A stretch of 46,361 nucleotides of DNA, taken from an uncultured Bacteroidales bacterium. Its GTDB lineage: Bacteria > Bacteroidota > Bacteroidia > Bacteroidales > Paludibacteraceae. The stretch is from contig CAMVHW010000001.1 of NCBI GenBank assembly GCA_947167395.1, positions 1-46,361 of the forward strand, given 5' to 3'. The notes under the pieces were generated by a model that was not told the origin of the DNA, made no database searches, and was given only the letters and a program-made list of their open reading frames with translations. Every line of letters begins with the position of its first letter. Within the stretch, counting starts at the first letter, position 1. Below are positions 31,608-40,507 of this stretch, one piece after another. The position numbers and the translations under genes are program-made.

Positions 31608-32532
31608 AATCCAAATACGGTGAAAGTTTCTTGTACTCCTCGTCAGAAAGGATTTGCGGACATATATCGTCTTTACCTTTCAGGTAAATATGCTCGCGCC
31701 TTGTTTCATATATTTGCTTAGCCTTGTCAAATGAATTGATATAAGGATGCTTTCTCAAACGTTTGATAGAAGCCGTCTGAACGTTAATTTTTTTGATTAA
31801 TGACGTGTCAACATAGAAATGCAGTATAATAGAATCCCATACAATAAGTGGAGTATTATCAATTTCGCGTAATTGTTCCACGTTATAAAAACCGCCTAAA
31901 TCTTCTCTATACTTAACTATTCTGTTTGCTGTAACTGAACCAATGCCTTTTATATACTGTAAGGTGAACGTGTCAGCTGTATTCAGTTCGATAACGGTAT
32001 CTTTCTTTATATGATAGTTGTTGGCTTTACACAGGCTGTCGTACTGTTGTTGACGGCGAAGGAGAAGACTATCTCTTCTCATTTGGTATACAATACGTAT
32101 GCTATCGCGTCGCAGGCTGTCACGCATCAGTTTTTCTTGCCTTTGAAGGAAAAAGGGCATCGTGTCAATAACTATATAAGGTTTAATAGCCATATAAGCA
32201 CTATCTGACAATCCATATAAGTTACCAAATTGTTCAGGCGTTCTAAAACGTCCTTTTTTTGCCCGATAATTAAGTATATTGCGAACCACATAGGGCTTCA
32301 AGCCAAAATGCAGTAGGGTTAAACTATCGGCGGTATTAGGATCAAAGGGACGAAGAATAATTGTGTCGGAATGGCCGTGGATATTAACCGATAATGAATC
32401 TTCTTTGGTAAATACAGGAGTTTCCGACGAAGGGTGAAAATATATGATTAAACGCAAAAGAAGAAGCAAAAGAATGGCAAGTAAACAGCCTATCTTTTGC
32501 TTCTTATAGAGTATTCGCTCCTGTTTAGCCAT
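31588..32532 (-). CDS. ComEA-like helix-hairpin-helix DNA-binding membrane protein
   Basis: 314 aa. It has an N-terminal TM (CLLAILLLLLLRLIIY) and two HhH modules (FDPNTADSLTLLHFGLKPYVVRNILNYR...; ELNTADTFTLQYIKGIGSVTANRIVKYRE). It converges on tsaE with a 20-nt overlap. Confidence 0.7.
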   Translation of the reverse strand: MAKQERILYKKQKIGCLLAILLLLLLRLIIYFHPSSETPVFTKEDSLSVNIHGHSDTIILRPFDPNTADSLTLLHFGLKPYVVRNILNYRAKKGRFRTPEQFGNLYGLSDSAYMAIKPYIVIDTMPFFLQRQEKLMRDSLRRDSIRIVYQMRRDSLLLRRQQQYDSLCKANNYHIKKDTVIELNTADTFTLQYIKGIGSVTANRIVKYREDLGGFYNVEQLREIDNTPLIVWDSIILHFYVDTSLIKKINVQTASIKRLRKHPYINSFDKAKQIYETRREHIYLKGKDDICPQILSDEEYKKLSPYLDFTLPPK

Positions 32533-33299
32533 TATCGTGGAAGGAATTCGGTGAAAACAGAGTCTTGCGGATGTTGGAAAATATCACACAATATATTGTC
32601 TTTTTTACCGTTTGCGATGATGACTCTTATACCTGATTGAGCGATAGCGGTGGCAGTATGGTATTTAGACTGCATACCTCCTCTGCCTGCACTGCTCTTG
32701 GTGGATTGTATATATCGGCTAAGGTCGTTATCTATATCTACTTGTCTTATAACTTTACTATTAGGATCGGCAGGATTGCCGTTATACAGACCGTCAATGT
32801 TGCTAAGGAGAATGAGAGATTGAGCATTCAACATCTTTGCCACCAATCCAGACAATTCATCATTATCGGTGAACATCAGTTCGGTAAGGCATACCGTATC
32901 ATTCTCGTTGACAATAGGAATGATGTCATTATCCAGCATAACCTCCATACATCGTTTGAGGTTTTCGTATTGGTCTTCGTGCTCAAAGTTCTCTTTCATA
33001 GTAAGCACTTGACCTATATGAAGATGATACTCGCGGAAAAGGGTGTAGTAATAGTTAATCAGTTTAACTTGTCCCACAGCGCAAAAGAGTTGTCTTTGTC
33101 CGACAGAGTCCAACTCTTTGCCTACTTTGAGTTCAGTTCTACCGCAAGCACCTGCACCGCTGGATACGAGTATCACTTCATTACCTTGTTGTCGCAACCA
33201 TACAATCTGATCCACCAAGGCAGACATACGAGTTACATCTATCTTACCGGTTGGGGTAGTCAGTACGTTAGAGCCAATTTTTACTATTATTCTATTCAT
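32532..33299 (-). CDS. proB: Glutamate 5-kinase (short form without PUA domain)
   Basis: 255 aa. IVKIGSNVLT...VILVSSGAGACGR...FTDNDELS... are amino-acid kinase fold motifs. Confidence 0.9.
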   Translation of the reverse strand: MNRIIVKIGSNVLTTPTGKIDVTRMSALVDQIVWLRQQGNEVILVSSGAGACGRTELKVGKELDSVGQRQLFCAVGQVKLINYYYTLFREYHLHIGQVLTMKENFEHEDQYENLKRCMEVMLDNDIIPIVNENDTVCLTELMFTDNDELSGLVAKMLNAQSLILLSNIDGLYNGNPADPNSKVIRQVDIDNDLSRYIQSTKSSAGRGGMQSKYHTATAIAQSGIRVIIANGKKDNILCDIFQHPQDSVFTEFLPR

Positions 33300-34081
33300 T
33301 TTAATCCTGCTTTAAGACATTGAATAACTGCGTTATTAAATCCTTGTTTATCTAATTCGTTAAGTCCTTTGATAGTTACTCCACCGGGTGTGGTAACCTT
33401 ATCGATGGCTGCTTCAGGGTGCAATCCGGATTGTTGTAAAAGTGTAACAGCACCAAGCATTGTCTGTTGTGCTATTTGTTGTGCTTGTTGAGGATAAAAG
33501 CCCATCTCTACCCCGCCTAAGGTCATTGCTCTAACCATACGCATAACATAAGCAATACCGCAAGAAGCCATCATCATACCTGCAGCAACTTGGTTTTCAT
33601 TTACTTCCATTACTTCGCCACAAAGGGAATATAGTTGCTTTACTTTATCTATGCTTTGAGCAGTAGAAGTATTGTTGTGAGCAAGGAAAGTAAGACTTTG
33701 CTTATATTCCGCTGCTATATTAGGTATAGCGTAAAAATATTGACCGTCATTATTAAGCATTTCTGCCAATCTGTCAGTACCAAAGTTGGCAGCATCGGAA
33801 ACGACTATTTGTCTTTCTATTATTATAGATGAACCTATTTCTTTCAAAACGCTTGCCATCAGCCAAGGCTTGACTGCAAGCACTATAATATCGGCATTTT
33901 CAATTGCTTTCTTATTATCGGTAAATGTATTTACGCTTTTATACTCGGTAGAGAAATGGTTTAGTATATTCTCGTTTTTATCGGCTATGGAAAGATCTAC
34001 CTGTCTGCTTTTGAGCCATCCGTGGGCAAGAGCACCTCCCATATTACCGGCACCTATGAGTGCCACTCGTAATTGATTCAT
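33296..34081 (-). CDS. proC: Pyrroline-5-carboxylate reductase
   Basis: 261 aa. It has the Rossmann start VALIGAGNMGGALAHG and C-terminal ...VTTPGGVTIKGL... The overlap with proB is 4 nt. Confidence 0.9.
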   Translation of the reverse strand: MNQLRVALIGAGNMGGALAHGWLKSRQVDLSIADKNENILNHFSTEYKSVNTFTDNKKAIENADIIVLAVKPWLMASVLKEIGSSIIIERQIVVSDAANFGTDRLAEMLNNDGQYFYAIPNIAAEYKQSLTFLAHNNTSTAQSIDKVKQLYSLCGEVMEVNENQVAAGMMMASCGIAYVMRMVRAMTLGGVEMGFYPQQAQQIAQQTMLGAVTLLQQSGLHPEAAIDKVTTPGGVTIKGLNELDKQGFNNAVIQCLKAGLK

Positions 34082-34109
34082 AATATCTGTCTTTATTGAT
34101 TACTGCGCG

Positions 34110-34117
34110 CAAAAGTA
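34110..34117 (-). promoter_or_regulatory. Candidate -7 box (TACTTTTG) for proC-proB
   Basis: caaaagta on + lies 29 nt upstream of the proC ATG. Confidence 0.45.
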
Positions 34118-34194
34118 TGGAATTTTAGCAATGTGGACAAAAGAAAAATAAGATGTCAAATGAGATTAATATCTATGAAGAGAAGAAAATAAAA

Positions 34195-34225
34195 GTCTGC
34201 CTGCTTTTTATGGGGGCAGGCAGAC
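34195..34225 (-). terminator. Intrinsic terminator after the lipoprotein gene
   Basis: gtctgcctgc-(11 nt)-gcaggcagac. On the minus strand it is followed by ttttattttcttc. Confidence 0.65.
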
Positions 34226-34248
34226 TTGAAATGTGAACGTTTAGTTTA

Positions 34249-34698
34249 TCAGTTGATATTGAATATAGAGTTTTTCAAAGACTTGCTACCCGAATCACTA
34301 CGTTCATACTTTGTCCCTTTTTGTATGGTGAGTTTATAGGTATAACTCCCGGAAGCAAGTCCTTGTTTTTCGTCCGCAAATTCTAATTTGAGATTATAAT
34401 TGCGTTCTGACATATTTTTACTATCTTCCACATGATATGAGAAACTCAAATCTGCTGCCACTTCAGAAGTGCGTTTATAAGAAACTGATGCACGGCTTGC
34501 TGTTCCTATGTAATTAGAAATGGTAGCAGAATTATTACTACTAAACTTAATAGTAGCGCCATCCACTTTTAATGTTTTACCTGTCATATCCTTTGGTGCG
34601 ATGGCTAATTCCTCATTTATTCCGCTGCAGGCAGAAAACGACATAAACATTGCAACCAAACTCAGCACTTGGAATAATATCTTAAATCTAATCTTCAT
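34249..34698 (-). CDS. Hypothetical lipoprotein
   Basis: 149 aa. A signal peptide ends in the lipobox FSAC|SG. I recognise no family. Confidence 0.6.
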   Translation of the reverse strand: MKIRFKILFQVLSLVAMFMSFSACSGINEELAIAPKDMTGKTLKVDGATIKFSSNNSATISNYIGTASRASVSYKRTSEVAADLSFSYHVEDSKNMSERNYNLKLEFADEKQGLASGSYTYKLTIQKGTKYERSDSGSKSLKNSIFNIN

Positions 34699-34723
34699 AA
34701 TACTTTTGATATGTTATTGATTA

Positions 34724-35356
34724 TTAGAAATTCAGGGCAAGACCAACACCATTGCCTGTAGTTTTGATATTCAGTTCAAGAGCTGTTTGACGAGCGCAAT
34801 TAGCGTTGTACACATCGTGAGAGTTATTTTTCCTGATTGAACCTATCACGATACAGGGAATAGAAGCAACGGTCAAGCCTGAACCAATACCCATCATAAG
34901 AGCACCCGGGATACCACATCCCAAGATAATATCCGGATCTCCTTGATCTGACCCTACACCAAGTCCCACACCATAAAGAATAGCACCAACTGATAGAATA
35001 GGAACACCGGAACCAAAGAGATTCCAACCGGTTTTTCTAAGTTTCTCTGCCTTTTGGAAAGCCTCATACGCTTGGGTACAATTTTTTTGTACAAATGCAA
35101 GATATTGATCCTCTGTCATTCGCTGATCACCCATATAGTATGTTTTATCATATCTTGTAATCGGAAGCATCGGTTCAGAATTTACAGAAGTTCCATAGAC
35201 AGTACTATTGTAAGTGTTAGTTTGTTGTTTGGGTTGTTCAAACACCTTGACTGTTCCATTTTGATAAATGATTGTGCTGATTTCAGCATTGGTAAGCATA
35301 AAAGTCGGACCTGTTTGGTTATTGAACTCTTTGTACTTGATTTCCGAACTTGACAC
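34724..35356 (-). CDS. Hypothetical membrane protein with a glycine-zipper-like C-terminal region; the 5' end appears frameshifted away from its signal peptide (see findings)
   Basis: 210-aa ORF starting at a GTG. The same frame is open upstream to 35470 with no start codon. An ATG at 35466 in another frame encodes MRKIFILASALLLL then TAG. The C-terminal part is GSGVPILSVGAILYGVGLGVGS...GIPGALMMGIGSGL. Confidence 0.55.
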   Translation of the reverse strand: MSSSEIKYKEFNNQTGPTFMLTNAEISTIIYQNGTVKVFEQPKQQTNTYNSTVYGTSVNSEPMLPITRYDKTYYMGDQRMTEDQYLAFVQKNCTQAYEAFQKAEKLRKTGWNLFGSGVPILSVGAILYGVGLGVGSDQGDPDIILGCGIPGALMMGIGSGLTVASIPCIVIGSIRKNNSHDVYNANCARQTALELNIKTTGNGVGLALNF

Positions 35357-35889
35357 TTCAAGGATTTTCGCTTCAATGCGATTAGCGTCGCGCGTAACAA
35401 TAATGTCCTGTGCGTATGCTCCTAAAGCAGCAACAACGCAGATGCGAGAATAAAAATTTTTCTCATTGTTTCAGTCGGCAGTTATATCCCATCGCCTCAT
35501 CGGTTTTTAAGATAGAATAATTAGTTTAATATCTCATATAAAAAATATGAGCGTTTCCTTATCTACTCCAAGGCTGTAGGAAATGCCCATAACACCGATA
35601 AGTCACGCCCATATATACACAATGGACGCTTGCAGACTTATTTATTCGGTGTTACTCATTGAACTTCCTACATTCTGGAGTATCCAAATAAATCGCAAAC
35701 GCGAAAATAGATATGTTTCCGCTTTTTTATGCTGTCGGAACCAGCAGGATTATAAATATGACAAAGCAAACTACGACAAAAATCTGTCCATAAGTCCGCT
35801 CCTATTCACCCGAAACAATGACATTTCATAAATACCGTGCAAAAGACTAACAATTTTCTAACTTATACAAATAAAAGTAAGAATTTTAA

Positions 35890-35920
35890 CATCAAGGGCA
35901 TTTTTTGAATGCCCTTGATG
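35890..35920 (-). terminator. Perfect 13-bp-stem hairpin overlapping the stop codon of the LRR-fragment ORF
   Basis: catcaagggcatt-ttttg-aatgcccttgatg. The downstream minus-strand sequence is moderately T-rich. Confidence 0.4.
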
Positions 35921-36290
35921 AAAAAACGAGTAATGAAAAAGTATCTTTATCGCACAACGTTATCTGACTCAACTGACCTTGTGCATTGAAAATAAGAGTG
36001 CAGACTATATTGCCACTTCTATCCTTAACTACGAGTTCATACGTTGCAGCCTTATCATCACCAATTACATATTCAGTAACTTGCTCTCCAAAGAAATACT
36101 TCATACTGAGTTTTAAGTGATTAGCCTCACTAATAATAGCGTCTGAATTTATAATCACCTTTGTCAAACCGCTGCAACCGGAGAAAGCATAACTTCCAAT
36201 GCTTGTTACATCGTCAGGAATGACCAAATCCGTAATTTTATTTTCCCTGAGATACAATTGTTTAGAGTACAATAATGGATTAGAATCCAT
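35892..36290 (-). CDS. Short BspA-type leucine-rich-repeat protein (probable fragment)
   Basis: 132 aa. VIPDDVTSIGSYAFSGCSGLTKVII is one LRR_5/BspA-type repeat. There is no signal peptide and no further repeats. Confidence 0.5.
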   Translation of the reverse strand: MDSNPLLYSKQLYLRENKITDLVIPDDVTSIGSYAFSGCSGLTKVIINSDAIISEANHLKLSMKYFFGEQVTEYVIGDDKAATYELVVKDRSGNIVCTLIFNAQGQLSQITLCDKDTFSLLVFSSRAFKKCP

Positions 36291-36375
36291 ATTAGAAAAA
36301 TTGACTCACACACCAAGCAGCAATATATGAAACAAGCGTCAATAAACGCCTATTATATTTTTTCTATTTTGCACG

Positions 36376-36383
36376 CAAAAGTA
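36376..36383 (-). promoter_or_regulatory. Candidate -7 box (TACTTTTG) upstream of the LRR-fragment ORF
   Basis: caaaagta on + lies 86 nt upstream of the ATG at 36290. Confidence 0.35.
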
Positions 36384-36501
36384 CATCTTCATCACTGATA
36401 TAATCAACTATAAGGCATAAAAATATGAAGATAATCGTCATTGGTTGTTAATAAATACAGAAAAAATAAGGCTATGTTATTATGGATTTCCATTTTTACC
36501 A

Positions 36502-36509
36502 TACTTTTG
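36502..36509 (+). promoter_or_regulatory. Candidate -7 box (TACTTTTG) inside the 5' part of supplied ORF 36482..36940
   Basis: tacttttg. It implies transcription starts near 36515, so the ORF cannot start at 36482. Confidence 0.45.
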
Positions 36510-36550
36510 CGCAAACAAAGACTTACACCATTTCATATCTTTTTATCATT

Positions 36551-36940
36551 GTGGAAAAACATCTTAACAGGGGAAAAATAAGTTTGATTTTTCCGATTAT
36601 ATTTGCCTTTCTTTTTCTTTCTTCATATGCCTTTGGGCAATCTTCCAACAGTCTTCCCACCCTACCCTTTCAAAGCACGTCCGTTATGCAAGGAAGCGGC
36701 TCTAAATACATTTCCGTCGCCGCTGAAAATGCCACTCCTATGCAAGCACGGCCGTATTCATCTACACCAAGAATGATTGGTTCCATCGACTTTGAAGACG
36801 ATGACATACCCACATACCCCGACCCGCCTACCCTCAACAACACCCCGATAGGCGACGGCACTGTGTTTATGATAATATTTGCAATTATCGGTATGTCTAT
36901 TCGATACTACAAAAACAGGAAACATAAACAACTTGCATAA
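36551..36940 (+). CDS. Hypothetical secreted/anchored protein (signal peptide plus C-terminal TM and basic tail)
   Basis: The start was moved to the in-frame GTG at 36551, downstream of the -7 box. This gives (M)EKHLNRGKISLIFPIIFAFLFLSSYAFGQ. The C-terminus is PIGDGTVFMIIFAIIGMSIRYYKNRKHKQLA. The start is uncertain. Confidence 0.5.
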   Translation: MEKHLNRGKISLIFPIIFAFLFLSSYAFGQSSNSLPTLPFQSTSVMQGSGSKYISVAAENATPMQARPYSSTPRMIGSIDFEDDDIPTYPDPPTLNNTPIGDGTVFMIIFAIIGMSIRYYKNRKHKQLA

Positions 36941-36963
36941 TTATTTTTAAGTTATCAAATACT

Positions 36964-38685
36964 ATGAAACAGTTGATTGAATGTGTGCCAAATTTTTCAG
37001 AAGGCAGAAACAAAGAGGTTATTGATCAGATTGTGGCAGCCATTGCAGCCACGGAGTTAAACGGAGAGACCGTTCGCGTATTGGATGTTGATCCGGGTGA
37101 AGCCACCAACCGCACTGTCGTTTCTTTTGTCGGAACACCTGAGGTAGTTATGGAAGCAGCGATTAGGGGTGCAGCCAAGGCGGCTGAACTGATTGATATG
37201 CGCCAACACCACGGTGCTCACCCTCGCAGCGGTGCCACCGACGTATGTCCGCTTATCCCTATTTCCAACATCACTCTGGATGAGTGTGCAGAGTTGGCTC
37301 GCACGCTTGCCAAACGTATGTGGGAGGAGTTGCAGATTGCCTGCTATTGCTACGAAGCCGCAGCCTACACTCCTGAACGCAAGAACCTTGCCGTATGCCG
37401 CGAAGGTGAGTATGAGGCACTGAAAGACAAGATAACCGATCCACAGCGCAAGCCTGATTTCGGACCTGACACATATACAGAGCGTGTAGCCACCGCAGGT
37501 GCAACCAATGTCGGGGCACGAAATTTTCTTATTGCCGTTAATTTTAATCTCAACACCACTTCCACTCGTCGTGCTATGGCTGTGGCATTTGATGTTCGTG
37601 AGAAAGGCAGAAAGTTGCGTGAAGGAGGCAAACTGACAGGCAAAGTGCTTCGCGATGCCAACGGCGAGGAGATGTGGCAACCGGGCACACTCAAAGGCTG
37701 TAAGGCAATAGGTTGGTATATAGACGAATACGGCATTGCACAAGTCAGTATGAACATCACCGATATCGAAGCCACCCCACTCCATATAGCCTTTGAGGAG
37801 GTCAGTCGTGCTGCTGCGGTTCGCGGTATGCGCGTAACAGGAGCGGAGATTGTGGGACTAATACCCAAGAAGTCGCTTTTAGATGCAGGACGTTATTACC
37901 TCTCACGCCAACAACGAAGTCTGGGTATAAGCGAAGAAGAGATTATTCGTATTGCCGTCAAATCAATGGGGTTAGACGAATTGAAACCCTTCAATGCGAA
38001 AGAGAAAGTGATTGAATATATGATGGTTGACGAAAAAGAGCAGGCTATTAAGGAACATCTTGTTCGTATGACTTGCAAACAGTTTGCCAACGAGACAGCG
38101 TCGGAATCGGCAGCCCCCGGTGGCGGTTCGGTATCTGCCTATATAGGCGCTTTGGGCGTTGCATTAGGTGCAATGGTGGCTAATCTGAGTGCTCACAAAC
38201 GCGGTTGGGACGACCGTTGGGAAGAGTTCTCCGTGGTTGCCGAAGAAGGACAGAAAGCTATGAACGAACTGTTGGCATTGGTGGACGAGGACACGGCAGC
38301 CTTCAATAAGATTATGGCTGTTTTTGCTATGCCGAAAGACACTGCTGAAGAGAAGAAAGCCCGTGCCGAAGCAATGGAAACAGCCACTCTTTATGCCACG
38401 CAAGTGCCTCTATGCACTATGAAGACCGCAATGAAAGCCATACCTGTACTTCGTTCAATGGCTGAGAAGGGCAATCCTGCTTCCATCAGCGATGCAGGTG
38501 TGGGGATATTGGCTATTCGCACTGCCGTTATGGGGGCAGATATGAACGTGCGTATCAATGCCGCCGGACTGAAAAACAGAGAAATAGCCGAAAGCATTAT
38601 CTCCGAAGCCGCTGAACTCGTTAAACAAACGCAACAAGCAGAAACTGAGATTTTGGAAATAGTCAACAACCATATCGGAATGTAA
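36964..38685 (+). CDS. ftcD: Bifunctional glutamate formimidoyltransferase / formimidoyltetrahydrofolate cyclodeaminase
   Basis: 573 aa. MKQLIECVPNFSEGRNKEVIDQI is the formiminotransferase N-terminal signature. The C-terminal ~200-aa helical domain is cyclodeaminase-like. Confidence 0.93.
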   Translation: MKQLIECVPNFSEGRNKEVIDQIVAAIAATELNGETVRVLDVDPGEATNRTVVSFVGTPEVVMEAAIRGAAKAAELIDMRQHHGAHPRSGATDVCPLIPISNITLDECAELARTLAKRMWEELQIACYCYEAAAYTPERKNLAVCREGEYEALKDKITDPQRKPDFGPDTYTERVATAGATNVGARNFLIAVNFNLNTTSTRRAMAVAFDVREKGRKLREGGKLTGKVLRDANGEEMWQPGTLKGCKAIGWYIDEYGIAQVSMNITDIEATPLHIAFEEVSRAAAVRGMRVTGAEIVGLIPKKSLLDAGRYYLSRQQRSLGISEEEIIRIAVKSMGLDELKPFNAKEKVIEYMMVDEKEQAIKEHLVRMTCKQFANETASESAAPGGGSVSAYIGALGVALGAMVANLSAHKRGWDDRWEEFSVVAEEGQKAMNELLALVDEDTAAFNKIMAVFAMPKDTAEEKKARAEAMETATLYATQVPLCTMKTAMKAIPVLRSMAEKGNPASISDAGVGILAIRTAVMGADMNVRINAAGLKNREIAESIISEAAELVKQTQQAETEILEIVNNHIGM

Positions 38686-38686
38686 G

Positions 38687-39469
38687 ATGTTAGTTTCGAT
38701 TGCCATCGGTCTGCTTATTCCGCTATTGGGGACGATGTTGGGATCGGCATTCGTCTTCTTTATGCGGGAAGAGATGTCTGCATCGTTGCAGAAAGCCCTT
38801 TTAGGTTTTGCTTCGGGGGTGATGGTTGCAGCATCGGTATGGTCGCTGCTTATTCCTTCCATCGAAATGGTGGCAGTGCGGGGGGCATGGTCTGTTCTGC
38901 CTGCCGCCGTGGGTTTTCTCTTAGGTATAGGTTTTCTGCTTCTTATAGACGAACTCACGCCGCACTTACATGTAGGTGCCAATCAGCCCGAAGGACTGCG
39001 TTCCCATCTCTCTCGCACCGTTATGTTGGCTCTCGCCGTTACGATTCACAACCTGCCCGAGGGTATGGCGGTCGGTGTCGTTTTTGCGGGTGCTGAACAG
39101 GGTGCTGCCGACATCTCGCTGACTTCGGCGGTTACTCTGGCAGTCGGTATAGCCATTCAGAACATACCCGAAGGAGCCATCATCTCTATGCCTATGCGGG
39201 CGGCGGGCAATAGTAAGTGGAAATCTTTTTTGATTGGCTCGTTAAGCGGCGCGGTAGAACCCATCGGCGGGCTATTGGTCATCCTTCTTGCCGCTTTTCT
39301 CACACCTGCTTTACCTTATATGCTGGCTTTTGCGGCGGGTGCCATGCTGTACGTGGTGGTGGAGGAGTTGATACCCGAAGCATCGGAAGGGACACACTCC
39401 AACTGGTCTACTATCGGCTTTGCCCTCGGTTTTGTGTTGATGATGGTGCTTGACGTGGTGTTAGGCTGA
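38687..39469 (+). CDS. ZIP-family divalent metal transporter (ZupT-like)
   Basis: 260 aa with 8 TM. It has the metal-binding helices HNLPEGMAVG and QNIPEGAIIS. Confidence 0.9.
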   Translation: MLVSIAIGLLIPLLGTMLGSAFVFFMREEMSASLQKALLGFASGVMVAASVWSLLIPSIEMVAVRGAWSVLPAAVGFLLGIGFLLLIDELTPHLHVGANQPEGLRSHLSRTVMLALAVTIHNLPEGMAVGVVFAGAEQGAADISLTSAVTLAVGIAIQNIPEGAIISMPMRAAGNSKWKSFLIGSLSGAVEPIGGLLVILLAAFLTPALPYMLAFAAGAMLYVVVEELIPEASEGTHSNWSTIGFALGFVLMMVLDVVLG

Positions 39470-39520
39470 CAAAACAACAGACAAACAATTTAGCAAACAA
39501 TAATAAATAAAACGAAAACG

Positions 39521-40084
39521 ATGAAACAATTCAAATCCAATTCGTGGCTGCTTCCGCAGCCGGTACTGATTATAGGTACGTATGACAAAGACGGTCAACC
39601 CAATGCGATGAACGCTGCTTGGGGAGGTCAGTGGGATATGCACGAGATTTTTATCTCGCTCGGGGCACATGCCACAACAGACAATCTGAAGGTTAATCCC
39701 GAGTTTACGGTTGCTTTTGCCACAACGGAAACGATGGTAGCCTCCGACTATGTAGGTATTGTCAGCGGTCGTAAGGTGCCTGATAAGTTGGACCGTACCG
39801 GCTGGACGATAGAGAAAGCCCCGACAGTGAATGCTCCTGTTTTCAAAGAGTTGCCGATGGCGTTGGAATGTCGTGTGTCGCGACTGATTGACGAGTCGGA
39901 AGACGGCTGCTATCTCGTGGGAGAAATCATCGGTATCGTGTGCGATGAGAAGTACCTTGCCGCAGACGGCAAACCCGATATGGAGAAGATGCACCTCATT
40001 ACCTTTGACCCTGTGCACCATACTTATATCGAGTTGGGCAAAACAGTCGGCAAAGCCTTTTCTGATGGGAAACAGTTAGTCTGA
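39521..40084 (+). CDS. Flavin reductase-like (FMN-binding split-barrel) protein
   Basis: 187 aa. ...LLPQPVLIIGTYDKDGQPNAMNAAWGG... is typical of the flavin reductase domain family. Confidence 0.8.
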   Translation: MKQFKSNSWLLPQPVLIIGTYDKDGQPNAMNAAWGGQWDMHEIFISLGAHATTDNLKVNPEFTVAFATTETMVASDYVGIVSGRKVPDKLDRTGWTIEKAPTVNAPVFKELPMALECRVSRLIDESEDGCYLVGEIIGIVCDEKYLAADGKPDMEKMHLITFDPVHHTYIELGKTVGKAFSDGKQLV

Positions 40085-40096
40085 TTGAGCAAAAAA

Positions 40097-40136
40097 AGCA
40101 GTGCCAAGTGTTATGGTGGCGCTGCTTTTTCTTTTT
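40097..40136 (+). terminator. Intrinsic terminator after the flavin reductase gene
   Basis: agcagtgcc-(12 nt)-ggcgctgct forms 9 bp including one G-U pair. It is preceded by an A-run and followed by ttttctttttg. Confidence 0.7.
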
Positions 40137-40478
40137 GTATAAGGCACGGAAAAACCCAAGTTTTGCGGTTGTAATCGCAAAATAATGCCATATTTTATAG
40201 TTACAATCGCAAAATATATGGATTTTGTACTGTAACAATGACGTATGTAAGGAACTTTACAACTATGAATATGATCTCTGTACAGCAGCAGAAAGCAGCC
40301 GCCACGTTCGTCGCCAACTCGATCACACCTTGTTTGTTGATGCGCGTATCCCGTCCACTATGGTGATAAACGTAAACAAAATTGCTATTTTGCGGAACAT
40401 AATCCATAAAATCGCACTATTTTTAGGATTATAATCCCAAAAGTTGTATAAAAATTTGTATATAGAAAACTTTTGTGG

Positions 40479-40486
40479 TACTTTTG
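40479..40486 (+). promoter_or_regulatory. Candidate -7 box (TACTTTTG) for the ATPase gene
   Basis: tacttttg lies 22 nt upstream of ATG 40508 and inside the supplied ORF's 5' extension (40475). Confidence 0.5.
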
Positions 40487-40507
40487 CTGCGCAAAAAGAA
40501 TACAATT

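Noticed and set aside
35583-35831. 82-aa ORF in the 426-nt gap. Also a hairpin around 35728-35744 (gctg-tcggaac-cagc) that superficially resembles an SRP-RNA apical loop.
   Set aside because: The ORF translation has no features, no promoter box and odd composition. The hairpin has only 4 bp, and the flanks cannot be extended into the long SRP helix.
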